Positions 34,397 to 41,711 of a stretch of 44,914 nt of DNA are shown here, piece by piece. The stretch is from a virus (taxonomy: Duplodnaviria; Caudoviricetes): positions 1 to 44,914 of the IMG/VR virus record IMGVR_UViG_3300025356_000001; one strand, given 5' to 3'. Below the pieces are notes generated by a model, which had not been told where the DNA came from, made no database searches, and saw nothing but the letters and a program-made list of their open reading frames with translations. The position numbers were made by a program, and so were the translations under genes. How positions within the stretch are numbered: position 1 is the first letter of the stretch; the number at the start of each line of letters is the position of its first letter.

Positions 34397-35079
34397 AACT
34401 AGACCGACACAAAGAGCATCAGAAGTATTTCTTGTCTGATGGAACGCAAGTCCCTGGAGGATCTACGATCAGCAAGATCGGAGACGATGCAGGGGCACTT
34501 ATCCATTGGGCTTGGAAACTAGGATGCGAGGGCAAGAACTACCGCGACGTATCAAAGGAGGCTTGCGACATTGGTACGCTGGCTCACTTCTACATCGAAT
34601 GCTTCCTCAACAACCAAGTAGCCGATCTCTCCGACTACACGCAGGAGGAGCGGGATAAGGCTCTTGTGTGCTACCATAAGTTTCTTGAATGGTGGGAGAC
34701 GCAAGACCTTCAGGTCGTAGCCACGGAGATCCAGCTAGTCAACGAGGCGTATCGCTACGGAGGAACGATTGATCTTATCGCAAGACGCAAATTGGGAAAT
34801 GCTGTTCTGTTAGATTTCAAGACCAGCAAGAAGATCAGCGACTCATACTGGCGGCAAGCGGCAGGTTATGCGGCCTTGTGGGAGGCAAGTAACCCTAATG
34901 ATAGAATTACTAATCACGCGATTGTCCGTATCGGCAAGGAGGATGAGAACGATTTCGAGATAGTCTGGAAGGATGATCTCTCAAAGGAATGGGTGGTATT
35001 CCAGAAGCAAGTTGATCTCTATTGGGCGATGAAGGCCGCAAAGCCAGAGCCGAAGCCCCGTGGGAGGAAGAAGAAGTGA
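34384..35079 (+). CDS. PD-(D/E)XK exonuclease (Cas4/RecB-like)
   Basis: GT.AH..IE, E..L....YGGTIDL, LLDFKTS, Q..GY. Confidence 0.88.
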   Translation: MQSVKLDRHKEHQKYFLSDGTQVPGGSTISKIGDDAGALIHWAWKLGCEGKNYRDVSKEACDIGTLAHFYIECFLNNQVADLSDYTQEERDKALVCYHKFLEWWETQDLQVVATEIQLVNEAYRYGGTIDLIARRKLGNAVLLDFKTSKKISDSYWRQAAGYAALWEASNPNDRITNHAIVRIGKEDENDFEIVWKDDLSKEWVVFQKQVDLYWAMKAAKPEPKPRGRKKK

Positions 35080-36368
35080 GTCTTCCAGCCAACCTAGACG
35101 CAGAGAGGGCATTCCTTTCATCTGCCCTCCAGAATCCCTCCATCCTTGATATACACGCTGATCATCTAAAGCCCACTCTCTTCCATCATCCTGCTCATAA
35201 AAACCTCTTTAAGGGGCTTTTAAACCTCTGGAAAGAGGGCAAGAGCGTTGATCTGATTACCATCAGCGAGTGGCTAGAGGCGAACAATCTCATGCCAGAT
35301 TGCGGTGGTGCATCCGAGGTGGCGGCGATATACTCCCATGTCCCGACATCCCATAACCATGAGGAGTATTTCAACATCATTCGTCACTATCACACGGCGC
35401 GTTTGGCTATTGCTGGAGCAGAGCGTATTATTGATTCAGCCCGTAATCCTGTAGTGAATGGGGAGCTATCCGAGACTGTGCAGAAAGCCCTAGTAGCGAT
35501 TGCGTCAGAAGCGGAGTCAGGAACCAAGATTGAGTCTATTGGCGAGGCTACTACCCGCCGTCTCAACGAGTATGAGGAGATGGTGAAGAACAAGGGGAAG
35601 CTCATGGGACTCACCTATGGCTTCCCTGCGCTTGACGAACACACAGGAGGCATGAGGCCAGGGCAACTCATCGTCATTGGCGCACCGACCAAGGGCGGAA
35701 AGACCGCTCTCGCTCTCAATATAGCCCAGCGAACTGCCGATGCAGGGAATGCCGTGGGAGTATTCAGCTTGGAGATGAGTAGCGGAGAGATGGTAGATCG
35801 ACTCGTTGCCTCGCTCACAGGCGTGGACATATCCGTGTTGTCCAAGAATCCTAGCAAGGAGGAGATGGGGAAGATTGCTTTCGGAGTGGGGCAGGTTGGG
35901 AAACTGCCCATCTGGATACGCGATGAGTCATCCATCAATCCGCTTCAAATCATGGCGGCGGCTCGACGCATGGTAGCCACTCATGGCGTGAAGGTCATCG
36001 TATTTGACTATATCCAGCTTGCCATGCCTACAAATGCCAAGGACTCCCGTGAGCGTCAGGTAGCAGAGGTAAGCCGATGTCTCAAGCTCGTAGCCAAGGA
36101 GCTAGGGATTACCATCCTCGCTCTCTGCCAGCTTAATCGCAACGGAACCGCCCGTGAATCTGATGCTATCCAGCACGACTGCGATATGTTTTTGGTCATC
36201 CGATACCAAGAGGCAGAGGAAGATCAAAAGAAAAAGCAAGACCCTGATGAGGTAGGATATTGGCTTGACATCCGACTCGCTAGGAATTGTAGTAGAACAT
36301 CTTTCCCGCTAATCTTCCAGCCGCAATACCTGCGGTTTGAGGAGCGAGAAGTAACAACACACCAATGA
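35076..36368 (+). CDS. dnaB: DnaB-like replicative helicase
   Basis: LP.NLDAE, Walker A GAPTKGGKT, FSLEMS, VFDYIQL, LK.VAKEL...ILALCQLNR, RESDAIQHDCD; GTG start overlapping the upstream TGA. Confidence 0.95.
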   Translation: MSLPANLDAERAFLSSALQNPSILDIHADHLKPTLFHHPAHKNLFKGLLNLWKEGKSVDLITISEWLEANNLMPDCGGASEVAAIYSHVPTSHNHEEYFNIIRHYHTARLAIAGAERIIDSARNPVVNGELSETVQKALVAIASEAESGTKIESIGEATTRRLNEYEEMVKNKGKLMGLTYGFPALDEHTGGMRPGQLIVIGAPTKGGKTALALNIAQRTADAGNAVGVFSLEMSSGEMVDRLVASLTGVDISVLSKNPSKEEMGKIAFGVGQVGKLPIWIRDESSINPLQIMAAARRMVATHGVKVIVFDYIQLAMPTNAKDSRERQVAEVSRCLKLVAKELGITILALCQLNRNGTARESDAIQHDCDMFLVIRYQEAEEDQKKKQDPDEVGYWLDIRLARNCSRTSFPLIFQPQYLRFEEREVTTHQ

Positions 36369-36637
36369 GCAACTACGACAACACAAACAGCGGAGCCGCC
36401 TTTGAGCGCGACAACGCAAACCCGAAGGCTCCCAAGTGGAGCGGCCCTCTCGACGTAGAGGGTAAGCAGTACGAGATAAGCATCTGGGAGAAGACCAGCA
36501 AGGCAGGAAGCGCATTCTTGTCTATCAAGATCGGCCCTCCTCGTGAGAAGAAAGGCGGCAATAGCTTCAACGCCCACAACAAGGCGAAGGGCAATGGCTA
36601 CCAGCCTCAGTCAGACGATTCGGATATTGACTTTTAG
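36365..36637 (+). CDS. SSB-like OB-fold protein
   Basis: YDNTNSG..F.....K.P.W.G.LDVEG..Y.IS.W...FLS; acidic tail DDSDIDF. Confidence 0.75.
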   Translation: MSNYDNTNSGAAFERDNANPKAPKWSGPLDVEGKQYEISIWEKTSKAGSAFLSIKIGPPREKKGGNSFNAHNKAKGNGYQPQSDDSDIDF

Positions 36638-36643
36638 AAAATT

Positions 36644-36789
36644 TGCGGAATAGCAGTCGGAGGAGAACTCCGAAGCGGGTGCTTCATGTTGAGCTTCCCT
36701 TGTCGAACACCGCATCAATTTAAACGGAATCGTGTTGGGCGTGATGAAAATCACGGGATGGGGAAACATCCTCCAATATAGTTCCGTTT
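36644..36789 (+). ncRNA. Two tandem branched (three-way-junction) RNA structures
   Basis: 36722-36789: ~17-bp outer stem with G-U pairs enclosing CGTGAT-GAAA-ATCACG and GGATG-gggaaa-CATCC; 36644-36714: TGCGG/CCGCA enclosing TCGGAG/CTCCGA and a second arm. Confidence 0.55.
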
Positions 36790-36794
36790 TTTTG

Positions 36795-36848
36795 TTGACA
36801 CTCATCAAGAATCTGAAAGACTCGCCTCCAGAGCATACAACCATGCTC
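36795..36848 (+). promoter_or_regulatory. Putative promoter plus leader hairpin
   Basis: TTGACA-N16-AAGACT; GAGCAT-acaacc-ATGCTC before an A/C-rich leader and ATG 36860. Confidence 0.5.
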
Positions 36849-36859
36849 GTACAACAAAA

Positions 36860-37135
36860 ATGAAAACAACACTCCGTCAAGCCGCCAGCCTCGTAGCGTC
36901 CTACGATGCTATGTTCAAATGCGCTATCAAACAGGCCGAGCATCATGGTCTCGCAGAGATCCGTATCAGCACCGCTCGTGCGCGATCCCTCTACAATGAC
37001 CTTGTAATACTTGAGAAGGCATTATGCGAACCTCCTACGCCCCGCACATCCACGTTTGGATTCAATCGCCTTGACGCTATCTTCAGCGAACAGGATCGCG
37101 TGATGAACGAAGCCATGAGCAAGATGGGACTATGA
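36860..37135 (+). CDS. Hypothetical protein
   Basis: 91 aa, leader acaacaaaa. Confidence 0.7.
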   Translation: MKTTLRQAASLVASYDAMFKCAIKQAEHHGLAEIRISTARARSLYNDLVILEKALCEPPTPRTSTFGFNRLDAIFSEQDRVMNEAMSKMGL

Positions 37136-37350
37136 TCATCCTAGTCGCCGCATCTGCCATTGGAGCATTGATCTTGTCCTACGGACTAGGAGCCTATCTG
37201 GTTGCCGAGTATGTCAGGAAGAAGACCGAACGAAGCATTGCCGTGTTCTACCGCGATCAACCGCTGGAATGCACGATGATGCTAAACAAGATCTCCCTTG
37301 AGGAAACCAAGAAGGAAATCGCAAGACAAAAATTTCAAAATGGCAATTAA
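37132..37350 (+). CDS. Small membrane-anchored protein
   Basis: N-terminal hydrophobic helix; ATGA overlap. Confidence 0.65.
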   Translation: MIILVAASAIGALILSYGLGAYLVAEYVRKKTERSIAVFYRDQPLECTMMLNKISLEETKKEIARQKFQNGN

Positions 37351-37392
37351 CTACCTAAAGCTAGTAAAACCGATTTACCACACACCAATAGT

Positions 37393-38082
37393 ATGTCAAC
37401 GAAAGCAGACAATTCTCCAATGACAACGATCAATGACAACGAGGTTGCCACGCCATCAAATCTGCCAATGCTAACCTCACAATCCAATTCAGTAGAGCTT
37501 TACCATGCTCTGTGTGATGCAACTGTTAATTGTAGCAAGGCATTGGACGCTTGCAGAGATTACCGAAAAGAACTTGACGACAAGAACAACGAGGTCGCAA
37601 GGCTCCGTGAGATAAATCTTGGTATTGATCTCCGAAGAATCTTTGAAATTGCAGAGTGGCTTGCTAGCCGAGCGATAGTTCTGGAAAAAACCGACAAGGA
37701 AACGCTTCCAAAATTGAGGGCTGAACTTGCAGAACTGAAAGCCCGACTCGCCCCCGCGCCAGAGGAACCATGCCCTCACGCTCATATTATCGGATGGTGT
37801 CATCAATGCGGGAAAATGTCTGGAAGAAAGAAAGCCCCCGCTCCAGAGGAAACTCAAGACGGGGCAACGATGGACGAGTGGTATGGAGGCTTTTCAAAGA
37901 TCGAAAGTACGGAACTAGACAACGATGTTGCAAAACTTAAAGAGATGGTCATGGATGCCGCAAAGCGTGGTCACGAGATGGCCTTTCATTGGAAAGAGCG
38001 AGCAGAGAAAGCCGAGGCGATCATCAAGCAACTTCACCATTTCGCAGGCATCATCGAAGGATTTCAAAACTCAACCAAATGA
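37393..38082 (+). CDS. Mosaic hypothetical protein with repeated junction motifs
   Basis: N(E/D)VA three times, APAPEE twice, C.H...CHQC insert. Confidence 0.65.
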   Translation: MSTKADNSPMTTINDNEVATPSNLPMLTSQSNSVELYHALCDATVNCSKALDACRDYRKELDDKNNEVARLREINLGIDLRRIFEIAEWLASRAIVLEKTDKETLPKLRAELAELKARLAPAPEEPCPHAHIIGWCHQCGKMSGRKKAPAPEETQDGATMDEWYGGFSKIESTELDNDVAKLKEMVMDAAKRGHEMAFHWKERAEKAEAIIKQLHHFAGIIEGFQNSTK

Positions 38083-38267
38083 ACACAACATTCAACACAA
38101 CCAAGATCAGCACGATCATGGACGAAGAAGATACAATCAACGACCTCCGCGCTGAGTTTGACATGATGCTCCGCACCCTAGAGATCATCAAACACCTCAA
38201 CAGCAGGGGCAAAACGCTCAAGATCGACGAAGAAATCACAGCAATCCTATCCCACTACAACCGATGA
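38079..38267 (+). CDS. Hypothetical protein
   Basis: ATGA overlaps at both ends. Confidence 0.6.
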   Translation: MNTTFNTTKISTIMDEEDTINDLRAEFDMMLRTLEIIKHLNSRGKTLKIDEEITAILSHYNR

Positions 38268-38503
38268 AAAAACTAATCGCATTGGCCCTAATTGCCAGCG
38301 CATCCGCTCAAGAGGCGGTTGTCTGGCCCTACACGCTCCCTGCAACAGGCAACAACGATGCCGCCGCGCAACTCGCCATTGCCCAGGAGCAGCTGGAAGT
38401 GCAGAGGCGCATGGAAAGAGAGCTTGAATATCAACGCTGGAAGGCTCACATGGAAGAGCTAACCCGTCCCGCAACCGATCACTACTTCACCACTCACCCC
38501 TAA
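38264..38503 (+). CDS. Small secreted protein
   Basis: Signal peptide MKKLIALALIASASA-Q. Confidence 0.7.
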   Translation: MKKLIALALIASASAQEAVVWPYTLPATGNNDAAAQLAIAQEQLEVQRRMERELEYQRWKAHMEELTRPATDHYFTTHP

Positions 38504-38507
38504 CCTA

Positions 38508-38720
38508 ATGAAAACAAAACACACCAACCCAAGTCAGTCAGCCCGAATCTACAAGCATCTTGTCTCTGGCAAGAGCCTTACTGCTATCCAAGCCCTCGAT
38601 AAGTTCGGGTGCTTCCGACTAGCCGCAAGGATCGCAGAACTCAAGCGCATGGGATTCCGTATCAAAACCACCACCAAAACCAACAAGCAGGGCAAACGCT
38701 TTGCCTCTTACTCAATCTAA
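38508..38720 (+). CDS. Winged helix-turn-helix protein
   Basis: SQ.ARI..HL..GKSLT..QAL..FGCFRLAARI.EL...G..I....ASY. Confidence 0.85.
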   Translation: MKTKHTNPSQSARIYKHLVSGKSLTAIQALDKFGCFRLAARIAELKRMGFRIKTTTKTNKQGKRFASYSI

Positions 38721-38721
38721 T

Positions 38722-39045
38722 ATGATCATCAACGACAACCCCATAGAGTTTAAGTTCCCTATTAAAGCCGATGCCGACCGAATCGTGGATGCCGATGGGC
38801 TGGAAATTTGTTCCATCTCGCCTCTCTGCTCTCCCGAAGAAGCGATTCGCTGGGCAAAGTTCCTTGCTGGATCATTCCAAGCCTACGCATTCCTCGACGG
38901 GATCAAGCAAATCCTCGTTGCCGCAGGAGGGCATGACCAAGAGACGCACGAAAAAGGTGCGCCTTGCATGATCTGCGATATTGATGACTTCTTTGATGAG
39001 GTCATTAACGAGCCTAAAAAGCCCTCTAGCATCATCACAGATTGA
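38722..39045 (+). CDS. Hypothetical protein
   Basis: TAA-t-ATG start at 38722; IVDADG.EIC, H...C..C. Confidence 0.65.
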   Translation: MIINDNPIEFKFPIKADADRIVDADGLEICSISPLCSPEEAIRWAKFLAGSFQAYAFLDGIKQILVAAGGHDQETHEKGAPCMICDIDDFFDEVINEPKKPSSIITD

Positions 39046-39190
39046 TCTGGAGCGATCCTAGACTGCTTAACTTCCTCCTGCTCTTCATCTACGCTTTAAA
39101 CGCGATTAGATGGGGGGTGGCGAGGAGTTGGCAGGATAGCCTATATTGGGCATCTGCTTTTGCCCTGACCATCAGCATAACATTCCGCAA

Positions 39191-39358
39191 ATGAGCGACA
39201 AAAGCGAACGAAGTCACCTATCTCCTCGCATGAAGGAGATGCAACGCCGCATTGATTCGGCCTCTCCTAACAGAACTGGAGCGGTCTCTAAATCTTATCA
39301 AGAAGGCTGGGACAGGATTTTCAAAAACAAAGTTAAATCTTCTAAAAAAGTGCTATAA
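39191..39358 (+). CDS. Small basic protein ending in YQEGWDRIF
   Basis: ATG 39191; C-terminal motif resembles that of the 24449 peptide. Confidence 0.55.
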   Translation: MSDKSERSHLSPRMKEMQRRIDSASPNRTGAVSKSYQEGWDRIFKNKVKSSKKVL

Positions 39359-39359
39359 A

Positions 39360-39629
39360 ATGGCAAAGAATCGCAACTATATTCCCCACAACGAACATCG
39401 TCACGTTGAGACTCGGCGCACCGATGAGGACTGGGAAAATTACCTATGGAAGCTCTCTAAAACCGTCGGAGATGCTTGCGACCGCTTCTTCGTGTCGCGG
39501 GGGATGACTCCTGGCTCCGTAGAAGTGCGGACAGAAGCATGGAAAAGGAGGAACGAAGTAATTAGTGATGTTAGTGCCATGAAATCACCTATTAAAACGG
39601 ACTCTAAACCTACGGAAAATGCGGCATGA
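39360..39629 (+). CDS. Hypothetical protein
   Basis: TAA-a-ATG start at 39360. Confidence 0.55.
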   Translation: MAKNRNYIPHNEHRHVETRRTDEDWENYLWKLSKTVGDACDRFFVSRGMTPGSVEVRTEAWKRRNEVISDVSAMKSPIKTDSKPTENAA

Positions 39630-39653
39630 AATTACCTATTAAAAAGACCTATT
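39578..39653. repeat. 20-bp direct repeats (iteron-like)
   Basis: CATGAAAT(C/T)ACCTATTAAAA at 39578-39597 and 39625-39644; partial ACCTATT at 39647. Confidence 0.75.
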
Positions 39654-39696
39654 CGTGATGAGTAATTAGCTGGCGCATTAAATCGCCGCACGAAGT

Positions 39697-39731
39697 AAGG
39701 CGGGAGGGGAAGCGATCCTCTCCCGCCTTTT
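39697..39731. terminator. Terminator hairpin between convergent operons
   Basis: AAGGCGGGAGGGGA-agcga-TCCTCTCCCGCCTT-TT. Confidence 0.75.
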
Positions 39732-39737
39732 CCGTTT

Positions 39738-39959
39738 CTAGTATATGGGAAGCCTGATCGTTCGCGCCTTCATTAAATCAGGCTCCAAATCTTTCCAACT
39801 CATCCAACCTAACAAATACCCCGCAACCTTCCAACGAGTCACGGGTTCAAGATTGAATCGCCTGGCCTGTTCCGATAAATCAAAAATAGAGAAGTGCCTT
39901 GCGGCCTGTTTTGCGTCTCTCTTTCTGGCGTGAAGTAGGAGAAGATCCACGGGGGTCAT
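39738..39959 (-). CDS. Hypothetical protein (leftward island)
   Basis: 73 aa, ATGA-coupled to the upstream minus gene. Confidence 0.6.
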   Translation of the reverse strand: MTPVDLLLLHARKRDAKQAARHFSIFDLSEQARRFNLEPVTRWKVAGYLLGWMSWKDLEPDLMKARTIRLPIY

Positions 39960-40117
39960 GCGTCGGGATGGTTATCGTTAAAAGCCTTGCGTGCTAGTTC
40001 AATCAATACCTTCCCCTCTTCTTCTGTGAGTCCCCTATGCTCGGCAAATAAAGCCGGGGAAAGGTAGTTATTGCGCCAGTCAAGATATTCCTGCGCCAGT
40101 TTTTCTCTCGTGATCAT
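39956..40117 (-). CDS. 53-aa protein MITREKLAQEYLDWRNNYLSPALFAEHRGLTEEEGKVLIELARKAFNDNHPDA (not in the track)
   Basis: ATGA overlaps at both ends; YLDW.NNYL...FAEH.GL pattern recalled from small phage proteins. Confidence 0.7.
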   Translation of the reverse strand: MITREKLAQEYLDWRNNYLSPALFAEHRGLTEEEGKVLIELARKAFNDNHPDA

Positions 40118-40335
40118 CTTTCCCCCTTTCTGTGATCGCCTTGCAGGGCTTCATTCATTCGGAAATCTACTTCATTAAGTAACTCTTCCCATGCTACCCA
40201 CTCCCGGTGGTCTGGGCTGTAACTTTCGATCTCTTGCGCGAATCGCTCACATAATTGAAAAGCGATCATCCTTGCTTTTTGCGCATATTCTCTTTCCCTG
40301 TACGGGTTCACGATTTCTCTTTCGGTGTTTGTCAT
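40114..40335 (-). CDS. Hypothetical protein
   Basis: Preceded by GCACTACATAAAAAGAA leader. Confidence 0.7.
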   Translation of the reverse strand: MTNTEREIVNPYREREYAQKARMIAFQLCERFAQEIESYSPDHREWVAWEELLNEVDFRMNEALQGDHRKGER

Positions 40336-40426
40336 TTCTTTTTATGTAGTGCCGAGAAATCCCCCGGCAGGATCAGGAGGTTTTCCCCTGACTTCTCCCC
40401 TCCCTTGCGGAAGGGGAGCTTGTCAA
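40336..40426 (-). promoter_or_regulatory. Repeated intergenic module, copy 2 (hairpins plus GCACTACA leader)
   Basis: CTCCCCTTCC-GCAA-GGGAGGGGAG; TCAGGGG-AAAA-CCTCCTGA; TGCCGGG..CTCGGCA; GCACTACATAAAAA. Confidence 0.6.
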
Positions 40427-40500
40427 AGGATCACCAGGGCAAGCCAAAAGGCGGCAAGGATGAGGGAAAAGACAAGGAAATCGGATAGAATGGTTTTCAT
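40423..40500 (-). CDS. 25-aa single-TM peptide MKTILSDFLVFSLILAAFWLALVIL (not in the track)
   Basis: SD AAAGGAG upstream on the minus strand. Confidence 0.55.
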   Translation of the reverse strand: MKTILSDFLVFSLILAAFWLALVIL

Positions 40501-40520
40501 TTTATGATTCTCCTTTGCTT

Positions 40521-40973
40521 TTAGTAATCCTGAAGTGCCTCTTTGATTTCTTCCACGGCTTCACGAGAAAAGGTCTTTCTGATATTCTTACCATTCTCGC
40601 AGCATGCAAAATAAATCGCCTCCGCTTTGCGCGAGTCTTCATCATACCCGAAACAGGCGCACCAATCATAAAAAGACTGGTCTAATGCTTCCCCGTCCAT
40701 GATGAGGGAATAAAGGACTCCTGCCGCCTTTGGGAAAACTGGCTTCATGTCGCCTTTCTTGTTCATTTTCCTGAGTCCCGTCCCTGTTTTGTAATCCGTG
40801 GAAAAGACATTACCCCATGACCCGAAGGAAACTCTCCATGCGTCATGTTTCCATTCTTTCTTTCCGTCTCTCTCTACCGCTTCCCCTGAATATGTCACTG
40901 CGTAACTGATGCCATGCTTTTCTAGGATTGCATCAACGGCTTTTTCCTGCGTGTTTTCTGTTTCTGTTGTCAT
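40521..40973 (-). CDS. Hypothetical early-type protein (150 aa)
   Basis: Start ATG 40973 after GCACTACAAAAAACAAAACAAC; Y.TG.G, VLYSL..D....F.DWC..FGYD.DSRKA..IY..C pattern. Confidence 0.75.
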   Translation of the reverse strand: MTTETENTQEKAVDAILEKHGISYAVTYSGEAVERDGKKEWKHDAWRVSFGSWGNVFSTDYKTGTGLRKMNKKGDMKPVFPKAAGVLYSLIMDGEALDQSFYDWCACFGYDEDSRKAEAIYFACCENGKNIRKTFSREAVEEIKEALQDY

Positions 40974-41062
40974 GTTGTTTTGTTTTTTGTAGTGCGCTAG
41001 GTTCCCCCTAGCTGGGCCTGATCTTGTGAGCAGATTGCTTCCCCCCCGAGAGGGGGAAGGGT
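40974..41062 (-). promoter_or_regulatory. Repeated intergenic module, copy 1
   Basis: CTTCCCCCT-CTCG-GGGGGGAAG; GCTAGG-GGGAA-CCTAGC; GCACTACAAAAAA. Confidence 0.6.
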
Positions 41063-41068
41063 ATCTAA

Positions 41069-41314
41069 TCACCAGTTTCCTGTTATTCTTTTGATGATAT
41101 CAACGGCCTCTTGTTCGCTCGTGCAATCATCAGCTTCTACCCTTCCCGCTTGCCATGCTTTCCCGGTTTTTTTGTTCACAGGATAGCTAACCACATAAAA
41201 CCCGCCTCTCTGTTGATGCTTTGCGGCGAAATAAGCGCGATCCTCTACGGGGTCAATCTCCCCGTGAAAGTAAAACTGAGCAACCCACTTGTTTTTTGGT
41301 AGTATGTTTTCCAC
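41069..41314 (-). CDS. Hypothetical protein, first gene of the leftward island
   Basis: Likely GTG start at 41314 after TACAAAAAACAAA leader. Confidence 0.55.
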   Translation of the reverse strand: MENILPKNKWVAQFYFHGEIDPVEDRAYFAAKHQQRGGFYVVSYPVNKKTGKAWQAGRVEADDCTSEQEAVDIIKRITGNW

Positions 41315-41359
41315 TTTGTTTTTTGTATCAGCTCGGCGGTATTGCCTCACCTGCAAATC

Positions 41360-41387
41360 ACACTAGCCAAATCACTTTTCCGATCAA
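41360..41387 (-). promoter_or_regulatory. Putative promoter of the leftward island
   Basis: Minus strand TTGATC-N16-TAGTGT, overlapped by three GTGATT repeats. Confidence 0.45.
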
Positions 41388-41711
41388 TCACCAATTTTCA
41401 CCCCACCCCATTTCCAACCCTTCCAACTATCGTGTCACCCATTGTCTGACACGCTCCAAGCCTGATAAAATCAAGGCGCGCAAACCCTCGCCAATTTATC
41501 AACAACAAATCAAAAAAAGTTTCAGCATGGCAAAATATCCCTGCTTTCTATCACTTGCATCGCCTTGTAAGACACGCCAGAAATCACCCTATGTCACCAT
41601 ACCAGCGACCCAATAAAAACCCGCTGGCGGGGCGTATAGACCCCCTCTTTTTGTTCATTTTTGAATGAACTAGCTTGTCACCGTTGTTTCCATCATGTAA
41701 AAGAGAAAACC

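Noticed and set aside
36644-36714. tRNA gene
   Set aside because: The GCGGAATAGC start is tRNA-like, but there is no GTTCRA T-loop or canonical cloverleaf spacing.
39557-39669. CRISPR mini-array
   Set aside because: Only two 20-bp repeats, inside or overlapping an ORF end; no palindromic repeat structure and no cas context.
41221-41616. 131-aa plus-strand ORF
   Set aside because: TTG start, overlaps a minus gene and the divergent promoter region, implausible composition.
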